Assembly (NCBI RefSeq): GCF_009914755.1
Contig: NC_060942.1
Reading direction: 5' to 3' (one strand)
DNA length: 64,000 nucleotides
Origin: the human T2T-CHM13v2.0 reference genome, Homo sapiens
Part shown: positions 15,608-37,092 of the stretch, in pieces
Layout: every line of letters begins with the position of its first letter
Position numbering within the stretch: position 1 is the stretch's first letter
The notes under the pieces: generated by a model
Seen by the model: the letters and a program-made list of their open reading frames with translations, nothing else
What the model was told of the DNA's origin: nothing
Databases searched by the model: none
Program-made: the position numbers and the translations under genes

Positions 15608-17888
15608 CTGGACTTTTTAATGTCTGAGAAGGAGATTGCTCTAATCCCTGAAAGTCACAGGGAAAGCTTAAGTACATCTTCCAGGCCTTAGGAATGGAGA
15701 TCGGGGGTGCAGGTGTGAAGACAGTGGTGGGAAGAACAAAAGCTCCTTTTTCCTTGCTCTTAGCAAGGTCAGTTCATCCAATAAACCCTTCGAACGCATA
15801 TTACGTGTTCTCCTGCTGACTTTATTGTCTTCATTTTTTGAAGTGTTGGCATTTTAAATGATCCTAATGACACTGAATCTGTCTTAATTACAACCTTTCC
15901 TCTCAGGGCACAGAGTTGTCTGTGAAAGAATCTTCTAAATTTCTTAATTAACCTGCAGTGGCTTTATTTTGCCAAAGACTGTGCTTGCAGCCATTATGAG
16001 ATACTCTCTATGTGCTACCCCAGCGTAGTTAAAACTTTAAAAACTACCCTATAAAGCAGAAAGCCTATAACAATAAAGTGCTTGGCAATGAAAGGTCAGG
16101 AAGCCTAAGTAAATAGGCAACAATTAGATTAAGAATTTAAAGTCCAAGGTCTCAGAGATTAACCTTCACATCCTGCACAATCATTTCCAAGGGAATATTT
16201 AAGGATAATTGTATTTTATGAACCTGCCTCAAATCCCATTTTTGATGACGAGGTTTTTGTAAGCAAGCTTTAATTCATTAATATGCAGCTCTTTACTACC
16301 CAATCTACTTTATCTTTCAAAGCAAGTGGTTAGGCCTTCCTGTCAATGGAGACCAGACCTTAGGTTTGGCAAATAGAATTGGGCAGAGATATCATTGGGA
16401 GGAAAATTCCTCATATCCCCAGTTTCCTTTTAGATTTCAGCTCTTTCCAGTAGACAAGGACTTACGGGGAGACCAAGGAATCTTTAGGCTCCCCACTCAC
16501 TTGAGTCTCTTGTAAGGCCTGGGAGGGACCCCGGTAATATCATCAGAAGGTCATCTGTTTTTATCAAGTTGGCAAAATTAAGATAATTGAACAGCAGTTT
16601 GTCCAGAGCATCCTGTCTTTCCACGCTAACTTGCCCTTTCTAAAACTTTTTTCAGATCTGGTGGCATTGGGGTGTCTATGGGCATTTTGGGGACTTGGCT
16701 AGAGCAAAGTTGAGCTAACTGGGTTCAAGAACGCCGTTCTGAGGTGTGGATGGGGGACCCCTACCTCAGGGGGTCCTTGGAGGGTGCTGCCCCCCAGGTG
16801 CTGTCCCTGACATGGTCTCTCGGTTGCTGGGGCTGCAGGCCACGTGGCCATCTGAGAACCCACACAGCTCGGCTTGCTGAGCCGGGGCTAGGGGCTGGGG
16901 GAGTCCCTGCCTCTTCTGAGACACCCCCACCCCCAAAACCCCTGCCACCACGGGCCTGAGCCTCTCTTTGCCTGCCGGGCTTCTAGGCGCCTTCTCCTCT
17001 GGAGCCTTGTGGGGGTCTCTGCACAGCTCCAGGCCACGGCAGCCCATTCTGCACTCTCCGCCAGGGCCTCCAGGGCCCAACTGCCCTGGATTCCTGTCTG
17101 GAGCAGCCCCCACGGTCACACCACTCCGGAATCACTGTGAATGCTTTCCTGCGTGTGCTTTTCTGGAACTGCTCCCCAGGGCGCAGGGATGGCTGGTGGC
17201 TGGAGAGTGATAGCTCCTCCCTTCGCTTTCAGAGCGTCTGGAGAGAGGAACTAGGAGTCCTACTTCTGTTTGCCTTTTTCGCGATGTCTCTCCCATTCTC
17301 TCCCCTATGGCAAAGAGTAGCCCCCCTGCCCCATGCCATGATGGCTCATGTGTGTGCAGCGCTTAGTAGGTGCCCAGGTGGGAAGGTGCTCATATTGGCC
17401 CATTTAGCCTTCACACATATTTTACCTAATATCCTCTCCTCCCTATGGATGAAGAAACCAAGGCACAGGAGCCCAAGTGACCTGAGCGCCCCCCAGGCTG
17501 CCCTCAGCCCAGCCCCGGCACCCGGCACCCAACCCCACCTGGAGGCTGGCCAAGCCCAGGGATTTGCTCTGAGCAGCACAGACTTCCTTGCTGGCTGCTG
17601 TGCTAAGACGGGGCTGGGGAGTCTGGAAACTTTTTTCTCAAGACAACAGCCAGGCTGGCCTTCAAGCCTACAGTTTTGCTGAAGAGAAGACGACATGCCC
17701 CTTGTCAGTGGGAAGGGGAGAGGCCGCTATACCTTTGGGGGCAGGAACGTGCATCAGCTGAATATTTCCTCGGTTCAGAAAGCACTGGGGAGAAGATAAC
17801 TTCACCTCGCACTTTGGAATGTTGCATTGTTTTAAATTGCTGGATCGTTTGGAGCCCTGGTTGGTTTTCTGTGAAAATTGCGGCTCAC

Positions 17889-18177
17889 AGCCAGGTGCAG
17901 TGGCTCACACCTGTAATCTCAGCACTTCAGGAGGCCGAGGCAGGAGGATCACTTGAGGTCAGGAGTTTGAGACCAGCCTGAGCAACACAATGAGGCCCCG
18001 TCCCTACCAAAATTACAAAACTTAGCTGGGCGTGGTGCATGCCTGGCCCCAGTTACTTGGGAGGCTGAGGTGGGAGGATCGCTTGAACCTGGGAAGTGGA
18101 AGTTGCAGTGAGCCAGGATCACACTACTGAGCACCAACCTGGGCAGCAGAGGGAGACCTGTCTCAAGAAAAAAAAAA
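17889..18177 (+). mobile_element. Alu SINE (AluJ-like)
   Basis: Diverged dimer with GGAGGATCGCTTGAACCTGGG right arm. Confidence 0.93.
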
Positions 18178-18304
18178 GGGTCTGACTTTGCTGGTACTCT
18201 GTTTAGGCTCAGGGAGAGTCTTTGTAAGCCCTATTAGCTAAGGAGAGGATATGTGTGGTGGGAGTGGCGGGGGAGCCTGTTTATCTCAACCACATGCAAT
18301 CTGA

Positions 18305-18621
<317 letters not shown>

Positions 18622-18763
18622 CTAAAGTCTTTTTTAATCTAGAATATTGAGGAGCCCTGCGGGGCCCTGCAGGACACCTCTCCTGGATGTGTCTGGGGGC
18701 CACTCCATGGAGGTACTTCTTGATTTTCCCACTCTGGTGTCTGCAGCAACTGAGAATTAGTTC

Positions 18764-19067
18764 TTTTTTTTTTTTTTTTTTTTTTTGAGATGGGAGTCTC
18801 ACTCTGTCACCCAGGCTGGAGTGCACTGGCGTGATCTCGGCTCACTGCAAGCTCTGCCTCCCGGTTCATGCCATTCTCCTGCTTCAGCCTCCCAAGCAGC
18901 TGAGACTACAGCCACCCACCACCACACCTGGCTAATTTCTTGTATTTTTAGTAGAGACGGGGTTTCACCACGTTAGCCAGGATGGTCTCGATCTCTTGAT
19001 CTCGTGATCCGCCCGCCCTGGCCTCCCAAAGTGCTCGGATTACAGGCGTGAGCCACCGCGCCCGGCC
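18764..19067 (-). mobile_element. Alu SINE (AluY-like)
   Basis: Reverse-complement dimer with CTGCAAGCTC and GTTAGCCAGGATGG diagnostics. Confidence 0.96.
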
Positions 19068-21080
19068 TAGTCACTGCATTCCTTGTCTTTTCCCGATGGT
19101 GCTATATTTGGCCTGTTTATCTAGACTCACCCAAAATAAGAAAAGTCCCGGATCAATTGAACATTAGGGAGGAGGCCAAAACCCCTCTCCTATGGAAAGT
19201 TCCTTGAAGCAGTGGGAGCCTCCAAGTTCACTGCCAGGCAAACTGTCACAGACACCAAGGAACAGAGAGGCTCACAGGTTAAAGTACAGTATTTGAAACA
19301 CACTGCTTATTAAATGAATTGGAAATACGGGACAAAAAGCAAGGAGAAAGAGACAGGATAGGTAACAACCCTGGAGACACAGGGCTACCAGGGCGGAAGA
19401 GCCACAATCCTCAGCCTTGTCCTCTCCCCTCACTCCCAGCCCCCACTGCCGGCCTTCTCCTTGTTGCTGTGCTTTTGGGAGCCAAAGTACAGGATGATCA
19501 AGTGCCTATGGCAAACGCTTCTTGAGCAGAGGGGCCACGGAGGCAGAATGCGTCTCCCCACTAGATGCAGACTTCAGCCTCATTAATACCGGGTACCTGC
19601 CGGATATATGAGCTTGCCGAATATATGAGCTTCCCGAATCTCAGCTCTGAAATAAAACATGACTTGTAAAAGAGGAGGCCAGCCTGTGAGCTGTAGTTTG
19701 CTGATAAGATCTTTAGAAAGACTGCATGAAGATATTATCCAGCTTGATTACAAAGTTTTTTGGTGGCCCCTTAAGTTTTGTGCCAAGTGGAGCTCCTCAG
19801 CGCCTCACTAACCTGGCCCTGAGGGGTGGAGCCACGACTGGGACGCAGACAGCCTGGCCTGCTAGTCCAACAGACCCCAAAGCCCCCGACAAAGTAGTTC
19901 CTGTGGTTTACTTGGGAGACCTTGGGAGGTGAGTCAAGCATTCCTTCATCTGCCTGTGCCGGCCAACGTGAATACACCTCTATACACAGCAGGCACTGTG
20001 TCATCGTTAAGATGTGCAAACAGATGGCGCAGCATTAGGTACCTTACCTCCGTCTGCACAGCTAGCTAGCCTGGGTCTGACCCTAGGACTCTGTTGCCAA
20101 AGCCAAACTATGGTAAACATATGTGGTGTCTTCAGCTGAAACTAGACAAACATAGGCCTAGAATAACGGTTTTACCCTGAAAAGAAACCAAACATACACG
20201 GAAAGGGTAAATAGAGGCACAGGCAGGGAGGGGAGAAACAGAAGAGGCGTGGGAGGGGAGCAACTGGCAGAGGAATGGAGACGGGGTGGGGAAGGGGAGG
20301 TAAGAGAGATGGGGGAGTGAATGGGAGGCCCCTTAGGGATGCCGTTCATAGCAGAGGGCTCCAGAATTGAGCGTTGTGATTTTGCATGAGCTCTCCATGA
20401 CAGCCCTGTGAAGCACACGGAAGAGACTGCAGGCGGGCAGCGGTGAGGCTGGACGTGCGGCAACCTGCTTGCCCAAGGATATGCCCGGAGGTGAGCCAGG
20501 GTCTCTCAGGCCACGCCTGCGGCACATCTGATTTCTCCATGAATGCTGAAGTCCTTTGAGGGCTGAGAATAGATTCTGATAAGATTAACAGCAAGAACTT
20601 GCTATCTTCCGGGCCTTGAGGTGAGGCAACTATCCCCAAATCTCACACGCCATAAGCGACAGAGCCCTGGAGAGCCCAGGCAGACCAGCTCTGCTTGGCC
20701 ACGCTGCCTCATCTGCCTCTGGACCACGGCTTTCTTGTACCAGATTGAGAACCGGGACTGTCTACACCACACAGCTCACTGTCTACAGGAACGTGACTTC
20801 ACTGGCGTGTTTGTCCTCGTCAACATGAGTTTACTATTCCAGAAAACTCTTGCCACAGAGCTGTAGATAACTTTATCTTTTCAGCGTCTTCTGGAAAGAC
20901 CCATCAGCTTTTCAATACAAAACATCAAACCCTCTCAAGTCTCTTTTAACCCTGCCTCAGAATCACCGGTTTGCTGTGTCATCCCGCAATCCTCACCTAT
21001 TACAACATGGTCCTCACCCAAGCCTAATCAAGGCCCCATTCAATGGGAAAACCCACCTGGAATCAGACTTCAGCATCTCA

Positions 21081-22322
<1,242 letters not shown>

Positions 22323-22474
22323 CTAACAGGAACCTCATGTTGGATCAAGAATGCTAAGAGGTTTTCTCCCCAGAATCCCAATGGGAAGCAGGACAAGGGA
22401 GCTTCTGCCCTCAGCGCCCATCAGCCTGTTCATAGTCAGGCCACAACCCGGTGGCCAGGAGGGACAGTCAGGCC

Positions 22475-22851
22475 TGTCTCAGTCTGCTGCAGGTGTCATA
22501 GCAAAGAATCATGGGCTAGGAGGCTGAAGCGACAGAAACTTATTTCCTCTCAGTTCTGGAGGCTAAAGTCCAAGACCAAGGTGTTGGCAGGGTTGGGTTC
22601 TGGTGAGGTCTCTCCTTGGCTTGGATGGCTGTCTTCTCCCTGTGTCCTCAATGGTCTTCCCTCTGTGTGGGTCTCTATGTCCAAATTTCCTCTTCTTATG
22701 ACATCAGTCAGATTGGATCAGGGCCCACCCTAATGACTTCATTTTACCTCGATCCCCTCTTGAAAGAGCCCTCTGCAAACACAGCCATATTCTGAGGCAC
22801 TGGGGTTTGGACTGCAGCAGATGAGTTGGGGAACACGGTTCAGCCCTTAAC
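22475..22851 (-). mobile_element. MaLR solo LTR (MLT1A/B-like)
   Basis: TG...CA ends; TTATTTCCTCTCAGTTCTGGAGGCT...GGGCCCACCCTAATGAC...GGTTCAGCCCTTAACA. Confidence 0.8.
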
Positions 22852-22938
22852 AGACCTCTTCTCTACCGTCTCCCCCGTGCTCCAGCCTGTTCCCTGCACG
22901 AGCCAGTAGCTCCCATTGTCCCTCCTTTCTCTTTCTAG

Positions 22939-23581
<643 letters not shown>

Positions 23582-24791
23582 CACATTTCTCGTTCTGATC
23601 TACCTTCCCCACTTCCAAAATGGTCTAGTGACTGCTATGGGACGTGACTTCCAGGGGAAAGAAGTGAGAAATCCATTAGTTAAACGTTTTCGACAAATCA
23701 TCCTCCTTACCTTCAAGTGAGACTGAGGATACCCACAGATAGGCCTGGAAACTGAGTTGAGGAAAAAGGAGGTTGATAAAAAATGGAGCGTGCAGGAGCA
23801 AACACGGGGACCCCGAGAGCAGATGTGCTCCAAGAAGATTCTAGAATTGGGGGAAGACATCCAAATGCGGCTGAGATTCTGCAGTTACAAAACGGGTTTA
23901 TCTAGCCAACAAAAATTCATCTGTCAGTATTCATATAACCTTCCTTACACCCCCTGGCTGGTGAGGGCTGGGTATAACCAGGATTTTTTGAATTGGATTG
24001 AAAAAGAGAAAAAAGTAAAAAGTAGGCCTTGTTGATTGACAACATTTTCATGGCCGTTTATTCTTTAATAAGCAGTTTTGGGGCCATTCATCATGTAACT
24101 CTTAACCTACTCTCCCTTTCAACTTTAATGAAATGTGTTCCTTGTATGGAATTTTCATAATTTTACTTTCTCTGTTAGAGAAGTTGTTAGGATTTGATGA
24201 TGAGCTGTAAGCCAGCTGAATATTCTTCAGAAGTTTTCAAGGTATCTGATTGAGTTTATCAGCTTTTTTTTCCTAGCTGCTTTGCTGTCTCTCTGAATAA
24301 GCGCTTACAGAGTTCTTTCATAATTGTGCCAAGTATGAAATGATAATGAACCACTCCTAATCAGAAAGTAGCTTCACAGACCAGGCAGAGGCCAGCACTG
24401 GTTTACTGAGTAATGAAGGACCAACAGCTCCCCTTAGCGACATAATGGGGGTAGTACCTGCTCACACTAGCTAACAGGAACCCTGTGAAGTGAGCACAAA
24501 TTCAGATTTAAACCTCATTTTATTGCAGATTTTTACAGGCAGAATAAAAAACTGTAGGTGAAAATATTAATTATCAATTAGGAAGAAGTTACATAATATA
24601 TTGGTTATTCTTTTTGTAACTGAAAGACTTTATACTATCATGCATACATTTAAATAATGAAATCTGAATAAACACAGATAAAAGTGAATCTAATTATCTT
24701 AAAACACTCACTCAACATCAAAATATAATCTCCAGGGTTTATTAAAAGAATAGCTTATTTTGCTAGACTACTGGTAAGAACAAAATATTAT

Positions 24792-26336
24792 TGTGTCCGG
24801 AATTGGTGGGTTCTTGATCTCACTGACTTCAAGAATGAAGCTGCGGACCCTCGCGGTGAGTGTTACAGCTCTTAAGGTGGCGCGTCTGGAGTTTGTTCCT
24901 TCTGATGTTCGGAGTTTCTTCCTTCTGGTGGGTTTGTGGTCTCGCTGGCTCAGGAGTGAAGCTGCAGACCTTGGTAGTGAGTGTTACAGCTCTTAAGGCG
25001 GCGCATCTGGAGTTGTTCGTTCTTCCCGGTGGGCTCTGGGCTCGTGGTCTCGCTGGCTTCAGGAGTGAAGCTGCAGACCTTTGTGGTGAGTGTTACAGCT
25101 CATAAAGGCAGTGTGGACCCAAAGAGTGAGCAGTAGCAAGATTTATTGCAAAGAGTGAAAGAACAAAGCTTCCACAGTGTGGAAGAGGACCCGAGTGGGT
25201 TGCCACTGTTGGCTCGGGCAGCCTGCTTTTATTCTCTTATCTGGCCCCACCCACATCCTGCTGATTGGTAGAGCCCAGTGGTCTGTTTTGACAGGGTGCT
25301 GATTGGTGCATTTACAATCCCTGAGCTAGATACAAAGGTTCTCCACCTCCCCATCAGATTAGTTAGATACAGAGTATCCACACAAAGGTTCTCCAAGGCC
25401 CCACCAGAGCAGCTAGATACAGAGTGTCAATTGGTGCACTCACAAACCTTGAGCTAAACACAGGGTGCTGATTGGTGTGTTTACAAACCTTGAGCTAGAT
25501 ACAGAGTGCCGATTGGTGTATTTACAATCCCTGAGCTAGACATAAAGGTTCTCCAAGGGCCCACCAGAGCAGCTAGATACAGAGTGTCGATTGGTGCACT
25601 CACAAACCCTGAGCTAGACATGGGGTGCTGATTGGTGTGTTTACAATCCCTGAGCTAGACATAAAGACTCTCCACGTCCCCACCAGACTCAGGAGCCCAG
25701 CTGACTTCAACCAGTGGATCCCCCACCGGGGCCACAGGTGGAGCTGCCTGCCAGTCCTGTGCCATGCACTCGCACTCCTCAGCCCTTGGGCAGTCGATGG
25801 GACTGGGCACCGTGGAGCAGGGGGAGGCGCTCGTCGGGGAGGCTTGGGCCGCACAGGAGCCCATGGAGTGGGTGGGAGGCTCAGGCATGGCGGGCTGCAG
25901 GTCCGAGCCCTGCCCCGCGGGAAGGCAGCTAAGGCCCAGTGAGAAATCAAGCGCAGTGCCAGTGGGCCGGCACTGCTGGGGGACCCAGTACACCCTCCGC
26001 AGCCACTGGCCCGGGTGCTAAGTCCCTCATTGCCCGGGGCCAGCAGGGCCGGCTGGCTGCTCCGAGTGTGGGGCCCGCCAAGCCCACGCCCACCCGGAAC
26101 TCCAGCTGGCCCGCGAGCGCCGCACGCCGCCCTGGTTCCCCCTCGCGCCTTTCCCTCCACACCTCCCTGCAAGCTGAGGGAGCCGGCTCTGGCCTTGGCC
26201 AGCCCAGAAAGGGGCTCCCACAGTGCAACGGTGGGCTGAAGGGTTCCTCAAGTGCCGCCAAAGTGGGAGCCCAGGCAGAGGAGGTGCAGAGAGCAAGCGA
26301 AGGCTCTGAGGACTGCCAGCACTCTGTCACCTCTCA
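24792..26336 (-). mobile_element. Solo LTR12C-type LTR (ERV9), 1545 bp
   Basis: Minus strand starts TGAGAGGTGACAG and ends CCGGACACA; 4-bp TSD TTAT at 24788-24791 and 26337-26340; tandem CCAAT-containing enhancer repeats. Confidence 0.96.
25220..25670 (-). promoter_or_regulatory. LTR12 U3 enhancer/promoter repeats with CCAAT (NF-Y) boxes, GATA-like motifs and TATA-like AATAAAAG
   Basis: Seven ATTGG on + between ~25260 and 25640 in CTAGATACAGAGTG...ATTGG repeat units; CTTTTATT near 25226. Activity in this copy is not demonstrated. Confidence 0.7.
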
Positions 26337-26686
26337 TTATAACTTAATTTTCATGAGAAATTAATAAATATGGCTCAATAACTGCCATTAATACGTTTGG
26401 AGAAAATGATGAAATGCCAAGAAAAGAAAAACGTATCCAATTTTTCTTTTCAAAACTTTCTCTGAGTCTGAACCAGGCTTAGAAGACATTTGTGACATCA
26501 ATTACTGCCTTTCCTAGTTGCCTCACTCATCTAAATGGAAAATTATTCTGCATAATTCTGAGTTAATATGAGACAAGAGAAAAAATATACCCAGAAGACT
26601 TTGAAAGTTAAACTGAAAGAGACCCAAAGGCCAAATTACTCAGAGACACAAGTTGTATAGAGAAATCAAGTCAATAAAGATTTGAT

Positions 26687-27003
<317 letters not shown>

Positions 27004-27648
27004 TCACGTCTTCAGACTCTACCAGTACTGAATATGAACGTGTGCTAATGTTATTCATCCACAGTCTAACTGCATTCACTTACCATATTAGATGCAAGCT
27101 ACCACCAAAGCAAACTGAGAAATGTAAGCCATCGAGAGTTGGTTAACATTCAATATTAACCTACCATTTTTCGCATCCGACAAAATGATCAAAGAGAAGA
27201 TCAAGCATTGAACCAGAAACTGAAACATTCACAGTTGTTTGAATTTGCAGGCAGAAATACAAATCCAATAATTCAGGGTTAGCTACAGAGTTTCTGATAC
27301 AAACATGTAGAAAATGAGTTTCAAGGCAATTAGTTTTCATTAGCAGAATCTGATGGATGAAAAACAAATTAAGTCTTAACGTGTGTAATTTCTGGAATAG
27401 GATCCAAATTTGGAGTCCTGGCTACCTCCAGCAGTGATTATTTGGGACTGTCTATCCTGCCCAAGCCTTTTAAATGCACCTGTGCTGGCCACAGAAATAT
27501 GTGGCCATGTGAGACACTCGCCATCTCCGGCTGGAGAGTTAATTAATCCCATCTCCCACTTAACCCTCTGTGCCTCATGGAAGACCTTAGTTCCTTTATT
27601 CTGTTCTTTTTCCCTCCCTACATATGTTTTTAAAAACTTACCTGTGAT

Positions 27649-31286
<3,638 letters not shown>

Positions 31287-31294
31287 GTCCGGAA

Positions 31295-32740
<1,446 letters not shown>

Positions 32741-32799
32741 AAAAATAGAAATGAATAAACCGATAAAAAAGAAATATCATGCATAACTGCCACAATTGT

Positions 32800-33350
32800 T
32801 TCAAAAGAAATAGACCATTCAATCCAGCAATCCCACTACTGGGTATCTCCTCAAAGGAAAAAAAGTCACTATATGAAAAAGACAGATGCACATGCATGTT
32901 TGTAGCAGCACAATTTGTAGTCATAAACATATGAAACCAATCTAAGTGCCCATCAATCAATGAAGAGATAAAGAAAATGAGGTATATATACACAATGGAA
33001 TACTACTCAGCCAGGAAAAGGAATGAAATAATGTTTTCTGTAGCAACTTGGATGGAGCTGGAGGCCATTATTCTAAGTGAAGTAACTCAGGAATAGAAAA
33101 CCAAATATTGTTACGTTCTTACTCATAAGTAGGAGCTAAGCTATGAGGACGCAGAGTCATAATAATGATATAATGGACTTCAGGGACTTAGCGAGGGGAA
33201 GGTTGGGGCTGGTAAGGGATAATAGTCTACATATTCGGTACAATGTACACTGCTCAGGTGATGGGTGCAGTAAAATCTCAGAAACCACCACTAAAAAACT
33301 GATCCATGTAACCAAAAACCACCTGTACTCCCAAAACGATTGAAATTAAA
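32800..33350 (+). mobile_element. L1PB-like 3' end
   Basis: CCATTCAATCCAGCAATCCCACTACTGGGTATC...GAAGTAACTCAGGAA...CATGTAACCAAAAACCACCTGTAC. Confidence 0.85.
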
Positions 33351-33519
33351 CAAAGAAATAGAAAGGAAAAAAATATTCCATCAATGCAAAGAAGGCAAGA
33401 AATGAGAGAAAAATAAATAACAACAACGAACAAACAGGATGAACAAATAAAAAGCACAAATAATATGGTAGAAATAAATCCAAATTAAACACCAATTATA
33501 ATTCATATTAATGTGCTAA

Positions 33520-33916
<397 letters not shown>

Positions 33917-34016
33917 TAAAATATACAGGATCCAGAAAGGTTGAAAGTAAAACAACAAAAAAAGATAAACCATGTAAACACCAACCAGAAGAAACCTATT
34001 AATAGTAGGCACAATA

Positions 34017-35039
<1,023 letters not shown>

Positions 35040-35064
35040 GACAGGGTGCTTTTTTATGTCTTCT

Positions 35065-35772
35065 TTTTAAGAATTTTATTTTATTGTAAATTGACAAATT
35101 ATAATTGTATATATTTGTGGTGCACAAAGTGATGTTATGATTTATGAATACAATATATTCATAATATAACAAATCAAACTAATTAACATATCCATTCCTT
35201 CAAATGCTTTCCTTTTTTGTAGTTAGAGGATTTGAAATGTACTGCCTGAGCAACTTTGAAATATACAATACACTATTATTAATTGTATTCACCATGCTGT
35301 GTACTGGATCTCCAAGCAAAACATTTCTCCTAAGACTTGATACCCTTTGACCAATATCTCCTCAAGGCCCCCAACCCCAGCCTCTAGTAACCACCATCCT
35401 ATTCCATTCTGCTTCTAGAAGTCCAAGTGATTTAGATTCCACCTGTAAGTGAAGACATGCATTATTTGTCTTTCTGTCCCTGCCTTTTTGGAAGTTTTTC
35501 AAAAAACTAAAAATAGACTAAATAAGAGCCAGAGATCCTACTTCTCGGTATTTATCCAAAATATTGAACTAGGTATGTCGAAGAGATGTCTGCACTGCCA
35601 TGTTCATTGCAGCATTATTCACAATAGCCAACTTATGGAATCAACCTAAATGTCCATTAGCAGATGAATGGATAAAGATGATATGGTATATAGTGGTATA
35701 TATGCACAATAGAGTACCATACAGCCTTAAAAAAGAAGGAAATTCTGTCATTTGCTCCAACATGGATGAACG
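35065..35772 (-). mobile_element. L1MA-like 3' end with 5' inversion
   Basis: Antisense 3' terminus at 35065-~35485, then sense-orientation upstream L1 segment at ~35486-35772 ending CATGGATGAAC. Confidence 0.8.
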
Positions 35773-36074
35773 TGAAGGGGGCTTCTTATTGATTTAAGTT
35801 CCAGTTAACTAGGAAGATATAACAATTTAAAACTTTTATGCATCTTTTGCAACTTCTACACTACAGCTGTGAATGTATTTTTAAAAGTTGACATAACTAA
35901 GAATATATATCTGTCTCAGGAGATGATAAGCATGAAGAATTTGATAATGATAGAGAAGACTTGAACATGACACATTTAATAATTTGACCAAATATATGCA
36001 CATGTAACACCAGACCCAACAGTGCTGGAAGACAAATTATTTTCAGGTACACAAGGCCATTTACAGATGTAAAT

Positions 36075-36384
36075 GTTTCATATACATATACACACATTAT
36101 GTTAAATCTTACCAAATTGTATAGTTTAAACACATACAGTTTATTTTATGTTGGTTATATTTTATTAAAGCTTTTTCCTTTTTTTTTTTTTTTGAGACAG
36201 AGTCTCGCTCTGTCACCCAGGCTGGAGTGCAGTGGCACGATCTCAGCTCACTGCAAGCTCCGCCTCCCAGGTTCACGCCATTCTCCTGCCTCAGTCTCCT
36301 GAGTAGCTTGGGACTACAGGCGCCCGCCACCACGCCCGGCTGATTTTTTGTATTTTTAGTAGAGATGGGCTTTCACCATGTTAG
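36075..36384 (-). repeat. Inverted duplicate of 38498-38812 (partial Alu plus ~104 bp non-Alu flank)
   Basis: Non-Alu part differs at only 2 positions; ORF-track peptides 36099-36302(+) and 38579-38821(-) are near-identical. Confidence 0.95.
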
Positions 36385-36388
36385 AGTG

Positions 36389-36483
36389 ACCTGGGAGGCG
36401 GAGCTTGCAGTGAGCTGAGATCGGCCACTGCACTCCAGCCTGGGTGACAGAGTGAGACTCCATCTCAAAAAAAAAAAAAAAAA
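36389..36483 (+). mobile_element. Alu 3' fragment
   Basis: CCTGGGAGGCGGAGCTTGCAGTGAG...CTC and poly(A); 5' two-thirds missing. Confidence 0.93.
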
Positions 36484-36705
36484 GCCAGTCAGCACAAAAT
36501 ACATGCAGCATGGCCCCATTTTTACATAAAGTTCAAAAGCAGGCAGAATTTAATGGTATAATAGTTTTTCCCTCACACCTCTTTGTATCTGCTCCATATT
36601 ACTGAATTGCCCAGATGACAGGTTTCGTATAATCTATAAACTTGAGTAAAATCTAATACTGCTTCAAGTGCTGATTGTAAAATGAAGGAAATAGACATGT
36701 CCTTA

Positions 36706-37092
<387 letters not shown>

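Noticed and set aside
16740-17880. GC-rich unique block with 70-181 aa ORFs as possible exon or promoter
   Set aside because: CpG-poor, no recognisable protein or convincing exon structure; cannot be supported from sequence alone
25260-25670. Regularly spaced repeats resembling a CRISPR-like array
   Set aside because: These are the known LTR12 U3 tandem enhancer repeats; no unique spacers, no cas genes, eukaryotic context
25600-26364. Cluster of overlapping GC-rich ORFs / apparent CpG island
   Set aside because: Entirely inside LTR12C; the ORFs reflect stop-codon scarcity in GC-rich DNA
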